From contig JADMXW010000031.1 of assembly GCA_015548865.1 (NCBI GenBank), positions 1-32,000 on the forward strand: 32,000 bases of DNA. The letters are read 5' to 3'. This DNA is from Serratia marcescens (lineage in GTDB: Bacteria > Pseudomonadota > Gammaproteobacteria > Enterobacterales > Enterobacteriaceae). Positions 20,162 to 27,612 of the stretch are shown in pieces. The notes beneath the pieces are model-generated. The model made no database searches. It saw nothing but the letters and a program-made list of their open reading frames with translations, and was not told the DNA's origin. Every line of letters begins with the position of its first letter. The stretch's first letter is position 1. A program made the translations under genes and the position numbers.

Positions 20162-21301
20162 ATGAATACCTTAACTGACCTCATCCCCGATCTCTATGAG
20201 GCTCTTGATGTTGTATCCCGCGAACTGACCGGCTTTATCCCTGCCGTTAACCGTAACAGCAATGTTGAGCGTGCGGCGCTGGGCCAATCAGTGCGTGTAC
20301 CTGTCACCAACCAAGCTACCGCAGCAAACAACACCCCCGGCGTTACAGCGCCTGATTCCGGTGATGCTGTGGTAGACAACGTTGAAGTGACTATCTCCAA
20401 ATCAAAACACGTCCCGGTGCGCTGGAACGGCGAAGAAACTCGCGGTTTGCAAAATGCTGGCACCTTCTCAACCATTCAGGCAGATCGCTTCTACCAAGCT
20501 ATGCGCACGCTGGTGAATGAAATTGAAAGCGACCTTTGGCTGGAAGGTTATAAGAACGCATCTCGCGCTTATGGCACCGCAGGCACCACTCCTTTCGGCA
20601 CTGCTGCTGATATGACCGACTTTGCTGGGGTGCTCCGCATTCTGGAAGAAAACGGCTCGCCGCGTACCGATCTGCAATTAGTGCTTGGGCATGCGGCTAT
20701 TGGCAACCTGCGCGGCAAGCAATCCGGCTTGTTCAAGGTTAACGAGGCTGGTTCTTCTGACATGCTGCGTAATGGTATGACTGATCGCATTATGGGCATG
20801 GCTATCCGCCATTCTGACCCCATTGCGCAGGTCACTAAGGGCACCGGCGCAAGCTATGTCACTAACGGCACCTTTGCTGTGGGCGCTAATAACATCGCGC
20901 TTGATACCGGCTCTGGCACCATCCTTGCTGGTGATGTCCTGACCTTTACCGGGGACACCAATAAGTACGTTGCAAACTCCGCGCTCGCGGCTGGCAGCCT
21001 GCTTATCGGCAAACCGGGCCTGCAACTGGCGCTTGCTGATGGTGTGGAGGCTACTGTTGGCAATAGCTACACGCCAAACGTCGCGTTTGCGCGTTCAGCT
21101 ATCGTACTGGCAACCCGTGCACCTGCCATGCCAAACGGTGGTGATGCTGCTGATGATGTGATGTCCATCACTGACCCTGTTACCGGGCTGTCCTTCGAAA
21201 TTGCTGTGTATCGTCAGTTCTTGCAAACGGTATTCCATGTCCGTTTGGCATGGGGATTCCGTGCGATTAAACCTGACCATATCGCCCTGTTGATGGGGTA
21301 A
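20162..21301 (+). CDS. Major capsid protein (P22 coat-protein family)
   Basis: 379 aa. The N-terminus LIPDLYEALDVVSRELTGFIPAV and the overall pattern are typical of the P22 gp5-like coat family. It is followed by a terminator. Confidence 0.85.
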   Translation: MNTLTDLIPDLYEALDVVSRELTGFIPAVNRNSNVERAALGQSVRVPVTNQATAANNTPGVTAPDSGDAVVDNVEVTISKSKHVPVRWNGEETRGLQNAGTFSTIQADRFYQAMRTLVNEIESDLWLEGYKNASRAYGTAGTTPFGTAADMTDFAGVLRILEENGSPRTDLQLVLGHAAIGNLRGKQSGLFKVNEAGSSDMLRNGMTDRIMGMAIRHSDPIAQVTKGTGASYVTNGTFAVGANNIALDTGSGTILAGDVLTFTGDTNKYVANSALAAGSLLIGKPGLQLALADGVEATVGNSYTPNVAFARSAIVLATRAPAMPNGGDAADDVMSITDPVTGLSFEIAVYRQFLQTVFHVRLAWGFRAIKPDHIALLMG

Positions 21302-21317
21302 TAGCAGACCAACCATA

Positions 21318-21340
21318 AAGGGGCTTCGGCCCCTTTCTTA
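21318..21340 (+). terminator. Rho-independent terminator after the coat gene
   Basis: AGGGGC-UUCG-GCCCCU followed by UUCUUA. Confidence 0.6.
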
Positions 21341-21352
21341 CTGGAGAGAGTC

Positions 21353-21535
21353 ATGGCTGGATTAACCAAAGAACAACGCGAAGCGAAAAAGCTTGCAGCC
21401 GCAGCCGCTGAACAGCAGGAGTTGATCGTCATGGTGAACGAATACCCGGCTTTCCCCGGTGCACCCACTGAGGCCAATGTTCACGCTGACGAGGTGGAAA
21501 ACTGGAAGGCGCACGGCTGGAAAGTTAAGGAGTAA
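21353..21535 (+). CDS. Hypothetical small head-module protein (60 aa)
   Basis: GGAGAGAG RBS and a complete ORF. Confidence 0.6.
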   Translation: MAGLTKEQREAKKLAAAAAEQQELIVMVNEYPAFPGAPTEANVHADEVENWKAHGWKVKE

Positions 21536-21538
21536 GCG

Positions 21539-21931
21539 ATGACGACCTTTATCACCGTTGCTGACGTTGACGAACTGCTAGGTGCTGACTGGACGGCTGA
21601 CGATAAGAAAGCCAAAGCCGTGCTGATGGCTAACGCATGGCTAACCGGGTTAAATCTGCGCGCATGCCCTGATGAAATCCCGGCAGATGTGAAACTGGCA
21701 GGTGCTTATGCAGCGCTTGCGGCGGCTAATGGTGGGCTTTACCAGCAGCAAACCGATTCCGGTGTGGTAACGAGCAATTCAGTAGATGCAGATGGCGTGA
21801 GTGTTTCGAAAACGTTCGCTGAACTGGCGACCAATAGCACTGCATTACTCAACTCTGATTTGCAGTTGGCCTTGGCGCTACTGCGTCCGTATGGTGCCAA
21901 TCCGTCACAGATTCGCGTCGTGAGAGGGTGA
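21539..21931 (+). CDS. Head-tail connector/adaptor protein (gp6-like, by position)
   Basis: GGAG RBS. 130 aa, beginning FITVADVDELLG, which is typical of head-tail adaptor proteins. Confidence 0.55.
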   Translation: MTTFITVADVDELLGADWTADDKKAKAVLMANAWLTGLNLRACPDEIPADVKLAGAYAALAAANGGLYQQQTDSGVVTSNSVDADGVSVSKTFAELATNSTALLNSDLQLALALLRPYGANPSQIRVVRG

Positions 21932-21932
21932 T

Positions 21933-22187
21933 ATGAGTGACCTAAAAGTAGTGCCATTCAGAAAGTCACCACACAAAGAAGCCAGCAAAGAAACCGTTAT
22001 TCGACTTCTGGAAGATGCCTTAGAACATGCGCGTAACGGTGAATGCCATAGCGTGGCGTTAGTGCTAATGGATGATGACGGTAACGTTTTGGACTGCTGG
22101 CATAACGGCGGGCGTCCCTATGTCATGGTCGGTGCAGTGGAATCTCTTAAAAGTGATTTCATCAACGCCAACATTGAGCGGAGGTAA
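21933..22187 (+). CDS. Hypothetical protein (84 aa)
   Basis: Tightly coupled ORF with an RBS. Confidence 0.55.
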   Translation: MSDLKVVPFRKSPHKEASKETVIRLLEDALEHARNGECHSVALVLMDDDGNVLDCWHNGGRPYVMVGAVESLKSDFINANIERR

Positions 22188-22195
22188 GGGGGAGC

Positions 22196-22429
22196 ATGCA
22201 AAATCAAGATGTGCATTATGCTGGTGACGGGCTGGGCCCTCGCGATGTGTATGTGAATGGAAACCCGATCAACCAGGTCATTTACGCAAACCCTGCAAAG
22301 GGTGTTGTAGAGTTTGTTCCGCTCCCGCTGCGGGTTAAGCGCAACGGCGAAATTTATACCCGCAAACTCCATGGTGCTGTGATCGTTAAACCTCAGCAGC
22401 GTATTGGTGGGTGCAATGGGAATTCGTGA
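22196..22429 (+). CDS. Hypothetical protein (77 aa)
   Basis: GGGGGAG RBS and a complete ORF. Confidence 0.55.
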   Translation: MQNQDVHYAGDGLGPRDVYVNGNPINQVIYANPAKGVVEFVPLPLRVKRNGEIYTRKLHGAVIVKPQQRIGGCNGNS

Positions 22430-22799
22430 CGAGCTACAGACCGAAATCGCCGCTGCTTTCAGTAGTGACCTTGCCGACGCCGTAAACGACTTCACCGGAT
22501 CCTATGTGGTTCAAACCGGATGGGATCCGGTTACAGAAACTGGCGGCGAAACGACCGTGACGTATACCGGGCGCGGTGTGCTGTCTCGCTACAAGCTAAA
22601 TCGCATTGACGGCGTAAACATCCTGCATGGTGACATAAAGCTAACCGCTCTCGTTAATGAGGTGACGGATAAGCCAAAGGTTGACCACATCATCACGGCA
22701 CCAGACCTGATTACCGGGACGCAGCAGCGATACAAGGTGATCACCGCAGGAACTGACCCGGCGCAGGCTACGTATTCAATCCAGTTGCGGAGGGCGTGA
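22416..22799 (+). CDS. Head-closure / head-tail joining protein (by position)
   Basis: ATG at 22416 inside track ORF 22404..22799 (whose start is a TTG). It overlaps the upstream stop. Confidence 0.55.
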   Translation: MGIRDELQTEIAAAFSSDLADAVNDFTGSYVVQTGWDPVTETGGETTVTYTGRGVLSRYKLNRIDGVNILHGDIKLTALVNEVTDKPKVDHIITAPDLITGTQQRYKVITAGTDPAQATYSIQLRRA

Positions 22800-22800
22800 C

Positions 22801-23433
22801 ATGGCTAAGGGTTGGGATTTAGACCCAGAATTATTCGCAGGAATGATTGAGGATGATGTAGGGAAAAAGCAGCGTGCTATTGCAATTCAATTGCTTAATG
22901 AGGTCGTGCTTAAGTCTCCAGTTGGCAATCCTGAATTATGGGCCATAAACAGCACGCAGGTTAGGCAGCGCGATAGGGTTAACGACATTAACGAGGCTAT
23001 GCGGAATAGCGATCAATTTGGTCATGTCGATAAAAATGGGAATCGCAGAATCAAACGCGGGAATAAGGTCACCTTGGCAAGCGCTGTATACAGCAGTAAT
23101 ACCGGGAGATTTGGCCCACAACGCATACGCAAGCTAAGTCGCGGACAGGGTGAGATATATCGACCAGCGGATTACCGAGCGGGAACTTTTCGCGCATCTC
23201 ATTTTGTCAGCGTTGGCTCCCCAAGCGATTACGTACCAAGCGAGCCGGATCCGAATGGTGCTACAACCATAAACAACGGTACATCAACAATTCTCGCGGC
23301 ACCGAACTATTCGGTTATCTATATACAATCGAACTTACCTTATTCCGTTCCTCTCGAAAATGGACACTCAAAACAAGCGCCGGCAGGCGTTTACGCTGTC
23401 TCATTCAATAGTGTAACGCAGGCATACAAATGA
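22801..23433 (+). CDS. Tail completion / neck protein (HK97 gp10-like)
   Basis: The C-terminal YSVPLENGHSKQAPAGV motif is typical of the HK97 gp10 family. Confidence 0.65.
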   Translation: MAKGWDLDPELFAGMIEDDVGKKQRAIAIQLLNEVVLKSPVGNPELWAINSTQVRQRDRVNDINEAMRNSDQFGHVDKNGNRRIKRGNKVTLASAVYSSNTGRFGPQRIRKLSRGQGEIYRPADYRAGTFRASHFVSVGSPSDYVPSEPDPNGATTINNGTSTILAAPNYSVIYIQSNLPYSVPLENGHSKQAPAGVYAVSFNSVTQAYK

Positions 23434-23822
23434 CCCTTACAGAAATTCGTAATGCTGTCATCACCAGAATGACGGCGCAGACTGCTATTGCCGCAAGCGC
23501 AGTAAGTTATCCCAACGGGGCCACATTCGACCCAACCGGGAAAGCCATCTGGGCGAGATTAACCAACATACCCGGTCAGGCTGGTGCAAATGAAATCGGC
23601 GCTGGCCCGGTGGTTCACCGCACTGGAATTGTCATTATTCAGCTATTCGTCCCTGCTGGTTCAGGCTCGAAGCTGATCACCCAAACCGCCGACCAAATCC
23701 GCGCGCTATTCGAGTTTCAAGACGATGGCGCATTGAGCTATTTCTCCGTCTCTGCGTATGACTCTGGCGAAGCTGACGGTTGGGCGCAAATGAATTTAAA
23801 CATCCCTTACCGGGCGCTGTAA
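23430..23822 (+). CDS. Tail terminator protein (gpU-like / DUF4128-like, by position)
   Basis: 130 aa. It is the last gene before the major tail protein, apart from the inserted HNH gene. Confidence 0.6.
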   Translation: MTLTEIRNAVITRMTAQTAIAASAVSYPNGATFDPTGKAIWARLTNIPGQAGANEIGAGPVVHRTGIVIIQLFVPAGSGSKLITQTADQIRALFEFQDDGALSYFSVSAYDSGEADGWAQMNLNIPYRAL

Positions 23823-24428
23823 CCTTAAATCAAGTCGTTTAAATCTCGTTGGATATTTAGCACAGTACGGTGGCTTTAAATCACCAACCTTTACATGAAG
23901 CCATAGTTTTCCTCCGTTTATGCCTGATATTACCCGATCGCTAATCCCGTATATCTTGCTAATGCTGATATGGGTTTCACCGGAAGTTAAGCGATGGATT
24001 ATGTCAATAACATCCGACTCGGTTAGCTTCGATGTTGTGACTTTGCTACCCCTGCGAGGGTTTGCTCTACCCATAGACATCATATGAGCGGAATTACCAG
24101 CAGTAGTGGTCCATTCTAGGTTTAAAAAGTGATTATTTGAGCGGTCACAATCGATATGGTTAACAACGTCACAACCATCTTGTTTTTCACAAAATGCCTC
24201 AGCAACCATGCGATGAATTTGCCTGTGGTGAGACTTCCTTCCCCCAGTCCTGAAAGAGACGCTTAGGTATCCATCCTTACTGGAGTAAGGGGAAATTATT
24301 TTTCCGGGGAAAAACCTATCCCATCCCTGCGGATAGCTGACGTATCTATCAATAGAGCGGAAAATTCCTGTGTTTGATATCTCATAAGATCCTTCAAAAC
24401 CGGCAACAGGTTTCCAAATTTCTTTCAT
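23796..24428 (-). CDS. Free-standing homing-type HNH endonuclease (NUMOD4 + HNH_3 + C-terminal HTH)
   Basis: WKPVAGFEGSYEISNTGIFRS (NUMOD4). HRMVAEAFC...VNHIDCDRSNNHFLNLEWTTTAGN (HNH). TSKLTESDVIDIIHRLTSGETHISISKIYGIS (HTH). GGAG RBS. It is inserted on the opposite strand within the tail operon. Confidence 0.85.
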   Translation of the reverse strand: MKEIWKPVAGFEGSYEISNTGIFRSIDRYVSYPQGWDRFFPGKIISPYSSKDGYLSVSFRTGGRKSHHRQIHRMVAEAFCEKQDGCDVVNHIDCDRSNNHFLNLEWTTTAGNSAHMMSMGRANPRRGSKVTTSKLTESDVIDIIHRLTSGETHISISKIYGISDRVISGINGGKLWLHVKVGDLKPPYCAKYPTRFKRLDLRLQRPVRDV

Positions 24429-24492
24429 AGCAACTCTCCATCACAGAGTCATCATCACTGAATTGATGCGGCAGGCCGGGTGATGAATCCGG

Positions 24493-24512
24493 CTTTTCGG
24501 GGATCAACCTAG
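24493..24512 (-). repeat. 20-nt leader motif, copy 2 (CTAGGTTGATCCCCGAAAAG on the - strand)
   Basis: It is the inverted partner of 12561-12580 (19/20). It lies 10 nt downstream of an extended -10 TGGTATAAT (24531..24523, - strand) and upstream of the HNH gene. Confidence 0.85.
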
Positions 24513-24570
24513 CCGCTTATTTATTATACCACATGCGTCTTATTGGCGCTAAATCACTCGGAGGTACCCG

Positions 24571-25743
24571 TTGAGTAGCGGAGCCAAAGTAACAAGCGCA
24601 TTCGTGCGTGAAATAACAGCTGGAGTTACGCCAATAGGTGCAACTTGGAATTTGCTAAAGCGAACTAGTTGGGGGGTGGGGCCGACACAAAACACATCGG
24701 AAAATGATGAAATAGGTGGAACAAGGATGAGTCAGGGCTCGTCTCGTGGGACAGTCGATGTTGGCGGCGACGTGGCTACCAAGTTCCGCTATGGGCAGCA
24801 TGATGAATTCCTTGCATCCTGTTTCGGATCAGAATGGGCGTCAAACGTTCTGACGATGGGCAACGACCGTATCGCTTTCTCGCTGGCAACCTATGCCTCT
24901 GATATCGGCGTGGCGTCCATTGTTCGCGGCGCTCAGGTAAGTGTGTTTCAGCTTGAAGTGCCCAATGACGGAGATGTAACCGCAACCGTGACATTCGCTG
25001 GTCTTGATTGGGATTCTAAGGCTGACGACACAAGCTACATCAACGGTACGCCAGCAGATAACGCAGGTGATTTGCGCTACTCCTTCAAAGAAGTGACTGC
25101 GATCAGCCTGAATGGCATTGATGGTGGTAGCGGATTCTGTATCGACACGTTCAATATCCAGTTTGATAACAACGTGCAGACACAACGCTGTATCGGGACC
25201 GGATCGCCTTATGCCGGGGCGAACATTCCGACAACCTTCACCCCGTCAGGTTCTATCACACTGTCATGGTCAAAGGCTGCATGGGAGGTGTGGAGCAAGA
25301 CACTCACCGGCGCAACGGTGCCGTTTAGTTTCACGCTGGCGAACGATGAAGGCTCTTATGCTTTCAACTTCCCGAAAGTGCAGGTATCCGGCGATTGGCC
25401 CGATGGTGGCAATACCGACATCATCCAGGTGCAATTGGATATTACCGCTTCCGATGAGTCGCCCACCATCACTCGTCAAACAACCGTCCCGGCTACCGCT
25501 ATCAGCGTGCTGCCCGCGACTTCTTCCGGCGCTGTAGCCTCAACGGTCGGCCTTACCGCTACGCTGACGCCTTCAGGTGCAACAGATGTGGTTGAATGGA
25601 CGTCATCTAACCCAGCAGTCGCAACCGTAGCCTCTACTGGTCAGAAAACAGCGCAGGTAACACGAGTAGCCGAAGGCACAGCAACTATTACCGCCAAGGT
25701 TCGCACTTACACGGCGACATCGGCAATCACTGTAACGGCTTAA
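24571..25743 (+). CDS. Major tail protein with a C-terminal Ig-like (Big_2) domain
   Basis: TTG start with GGAGG 6 nt upstream. 390 aa. The C-terminal VEWTSSNPAVATVASTGQKTAQVTRVAEGTATITAKV is a Big_2 signature. Position is before the tail chaperones. Confidence 0.85.
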   Translation: MSSGAKVTSAFVREITAGVTPIGATWNLLKRTSWGVGPTQNTSENDEIGGTRMSQGSSRGTVDVGGDVATKFRYGQHDEFLASCFGSEWASNVLTMGNDRIAFSLATYASDIGVASIVRGAQVSVFQLEVPNDGDVTATVTFAGLDWDSKADDTSYINGTPADNAGDLRYSFKEVTAISLNGIDGGSGFCIDTFNIQFDNNVQTQRCIGTGSPYAGANIPTTFTPSGSITLSWSKAAWEVWSKTLTGATVPFSFTLANDEGSYAFNFPKVQVSGDWPDGGNTDIIQVQLDITASDESPTITRQTTVPATAISVLPATSSGAVASTVGLTATLTPSGATDVVEWTSSNPAVATVASTGQKTAQVTRVAEGTATITAKVRTYTATSAITVTA

Positions 25744-25755
25744 CACTTTCCCTTT

Positions 25756-25791
25756 GCCCGGTCAGGTCTGCATGGCTGTCCGGGCCTTTTT
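25756..25791 (+). terminator. Rho-independent terminator/attenuator after the major tail gene
   Basis: GCCCGG...CCGGGC outer stem with further inner pairing, followed by CUUUUUC. Confidence 0.55.
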
Positions 25792-25806
25792 CATGCAGAG
25801 GAATAT

Positions 25807-26256
25807 ATGATTATCATCACCCCACGAATTGACGTTGACGGCGAGCGCTGGATTGAGCCTCTTGAAGGACTGCGTCTGAAAGTCACCAGCAGTGAGAATC
25901 ACCAGTTCCGCTCACGCAATGCCGTTGTACGCCGCCATATTGAAAAGCTGGATGCTCATTTCAAGGTAGGCACAACCGAGTTTAACCCCGCAGACGTTGG
26001 TGATATTGACTCCATTGACGACCTGCTGATTGATACCGCCGCTCGCTTTCTTCTTCGTGATTGGGAAGGGGTAGGCGAGATGGTAGATGGTAAGGAGCAG
26101 GCTATTGAATACACCACAGAGCGTGGTGCTGTGCTGCTGAAACAACACCCTGAATTGTACTGGCATGTGCTGTCTGCTGCTGCTGATATCGCCAACGGCA
26201 AAGCGGAGCAGGTAAAAGCGACGGTGGGAAAGTCCTCGAAGCGCAAAAGTGGCTAA
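25807..26256 (+). CDS. Tail assembly chaperone G
   Basis: 149 aa, located between the major tail gene and the tape measure. It contains the slippery heptamer near its 3' end. Confidence 0.8.
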   Translation: MIIITPRIDVDGERWIEPLEGLRLKVTSSENHQFRSRNAVVRRHIEKLDAHFKVGTTEFNPADVGDIDSIDDLLIDTAARFLLRDWEGVGEMVDGKEQAIEYTTERGAVLLKQHPELYWHVLSAAADIANGKAEQVKATVGKSSKRKSG

Positions 26257-26570
26257 ACGAGTTCGGCGGCGAGACGGGCGAGAAGGCCAAATGGCGGCGT
26301 GAAAAGCTAGGCTTGCCGCCAATTCCTGAGCCGGAGATAGACGAGGTGACAGGAGAAATCCTCAGCGCCTACGCCGTTATATCCCGCTCCCGGCAGTATG
26401 TCGGCATGGCTGGTGCTCCGCTGCCGATATCGCTTGCTGACGTGGATCGCTATCTTTCCTCTCGCTCTATCCTCATTGATCGCACAGAACTGGACGCTGC
26501 TGTATTCGCCCTTGATGACGCATGGCGCGATGAGTGGGCAAAAGAGCAGGATAAGCGCAACAAGAAATGA
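25807..26570 (+). CDS. Tail assembly chaperone GT, the -1 programmed frameshift fusion product (about 254 aa)
   Basis: The -1 frame is open from 26187 to 26570. Slipping at G GGA AAG (26226-26232) joins ...KATVGK to VLEAQKWLNEFGG... Track ORF 26313..26570 has only a TTG start and no RBS, which fits expression by frameshift only. Confidence 0.75.
26226..26232 (+). promoter_or_regulatory. -1 programmed ribosomal frameshift slippery heptamer G GGA AAG
   Basis: It fits the X XXY YYZ pattern in the zero frame of G and is identical to the lambda G/GT slippery sequence. Confidence 0.75.
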
Positions 26571-26576
26571 CTTGCA

Positions 26577-26604
26577 TTGCTTTGCGCTCACTCAGTGATA
26601 GGAT
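26577..26604 (+). promoter_or_regulatory. Candidate sigma70 promoter of the lipoprotein cassette
   Basis: TTGCTT (26577-26582), 16-nt spacer, TAGGAT (26599-26604). An alternative -35 is TTGCAT at 26572-26577. Confidence 0.4.
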
Positions 26605-26633
26605 GTGACGAAATGTTACTCAGGGGGCGAAGC

Positions 26634-27005
26634 ATGAAGAAAGTGATAATTGCTGGCATGGTTGCGTTTATGCTGGCTGGGTGTGTCTACTCAAACCATT
26701 TTGAAACCGGAGCGCCGGTTGCTGTAGAAAACGTTAATAAAATAGTTAAAGGAAAAACAACCGAGGCTGAACTTATAAGCTTGTTCGGGCAGCCATTATC
26801 AAAAGCAGTAGTGAGCGCCACTGAGTCGAAGTGGATTTACTCGCATACATCATCAACAGCGTCCGCGCAGGCTTTCACGATGAAAACCACATCGAGCGCA
26901 GAGATAACCACGCTTGACATTCTCATAAAAGATGGTGTGGTGATTAATTATGCGTTCACCAAAGCGCCGCTTAACCCGAGCGTTAAATTCAACTCGTCGC
27001 TGTAA
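26634..27005 (+). CDS. Outer-membrane lipoprotein, BamE/SmpA-OmlA-like (123 aa)
   Basis: ATG at 26634 with AGGGGG upstream. Signal peptide MKKVIIAGMVAFMLAGC contains a lipobox. KIVKGKTTEAELISLFGQPLSK...WIY resembles the SmpA_OmlA fold signature. Confidence 0.75.
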   Translation: MKKVIIAGMVAFMLAGCVYSNHFETGAPVAVENVNKIVKGKTTEAELISLFGQPLSKAVVSATESKWIYSHTSSTASAQAFTMKTTSSAEITTLDILIKDGVVINYAFTKAPLNPSVKFNSSL

Positions 27006-27011
27006 GGATTA

Positions 27012-27551
27012 ATGATGACGAAATTATCACTTATTGGCCTGCTTGGTGCGGCTTTATTGCTTGGTGGTTGCGCTAACGATGTGGGCGTAAATCCAGTAAC
27101 GGCAACAAGCGATTTCGACGGGGCTAAAACAGTAACTATCATGCCTCACGGTGCTGAATGCTGTATTGCTGTTGGCGCATTCTGGACAGACAAAGCACCT
27201 GATGTGGCAGTCTTGGAATTTAAAATATTCGGCGCTTATACCAATATCGAAAGCGTCGAATTGAACATTGACGGGAAATTTATCAGGTTGGATGCCGCTC
27301 AGCGGTTTACTAACTTTTCCAACAATGGCGGCATGGTCGTGGCGCCTGGAGTCCCGATTGTTCGAGAGTCAACCATGGGATTTTCCACATCACTTGACGT
27401 AGTGAAATCTATTACTGCATCGCAAAAAACAGTGGTGAGGCTAACAACCCTGAATGACGGCGCAGTTGTAGCGAAGATCAAGGATGGCGCAACGGACAGT
27501 AAGGCCTATTACGCACTTCAAAGGTTCCTGGCTGCCATACCGAGAAAATAA
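27012..27551 (+). CDS. Lipoprotein of unknown function (179 aa)
   Basis: AAGGA RBS. Signal peptide MMTKLSLIGLLGAALLLGGC contains a lipobox. Confidence 0.75.
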   Translation: MMTKLSLIGLLGAALLLGGCANDVGVNPVTATSDFDGAKTVTIMPHGAECCIAVGAFWTDKAPDVAVLEFKIFGAYTNIESVELNIDGKFIRLDAAQRFTNFSNNGGMVVAPGVPIVRESTMGFSTSLDVVKSITASQKTVVRLTTLNDGAVVAKIKDGATDSKAYYALQRFLAAIPRK

Positions 27552-27570
27552 ACACATCAGATTTATCGAA

Positions 27571-27595
27571 GCCTCGCAAACGCGGGGTTTTTTTA
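27571..27595 (+). terminator. Strong Rho-independent terminator directly upstream of the tape measure gene
   Basis: CCUCGC-AAAC-GCGGGG followed by a 7-nt U run. Confidence 0.75.
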
Positions 27596-27612
27596 CGCCC
27601 GGAGAAAGGTAA

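Noticed and set aside
12561-24512. The 20-bp inverted repeat as an invertible-segment or att-type recombination site
   Set aside because: No recombinase or invertase gene lies nearby, and 20 bp is short. Inversion would break the late operon. A shared regulatory or cassette-border role is more plausible.
26313-26570. Independent 85-aa gene T
   Set aside because: It has a TTG start with no RBS. The frame is open upstream to 26187 and is linked to G by the canonical slippery heptamer, so it is annotated as the frameshift extension.
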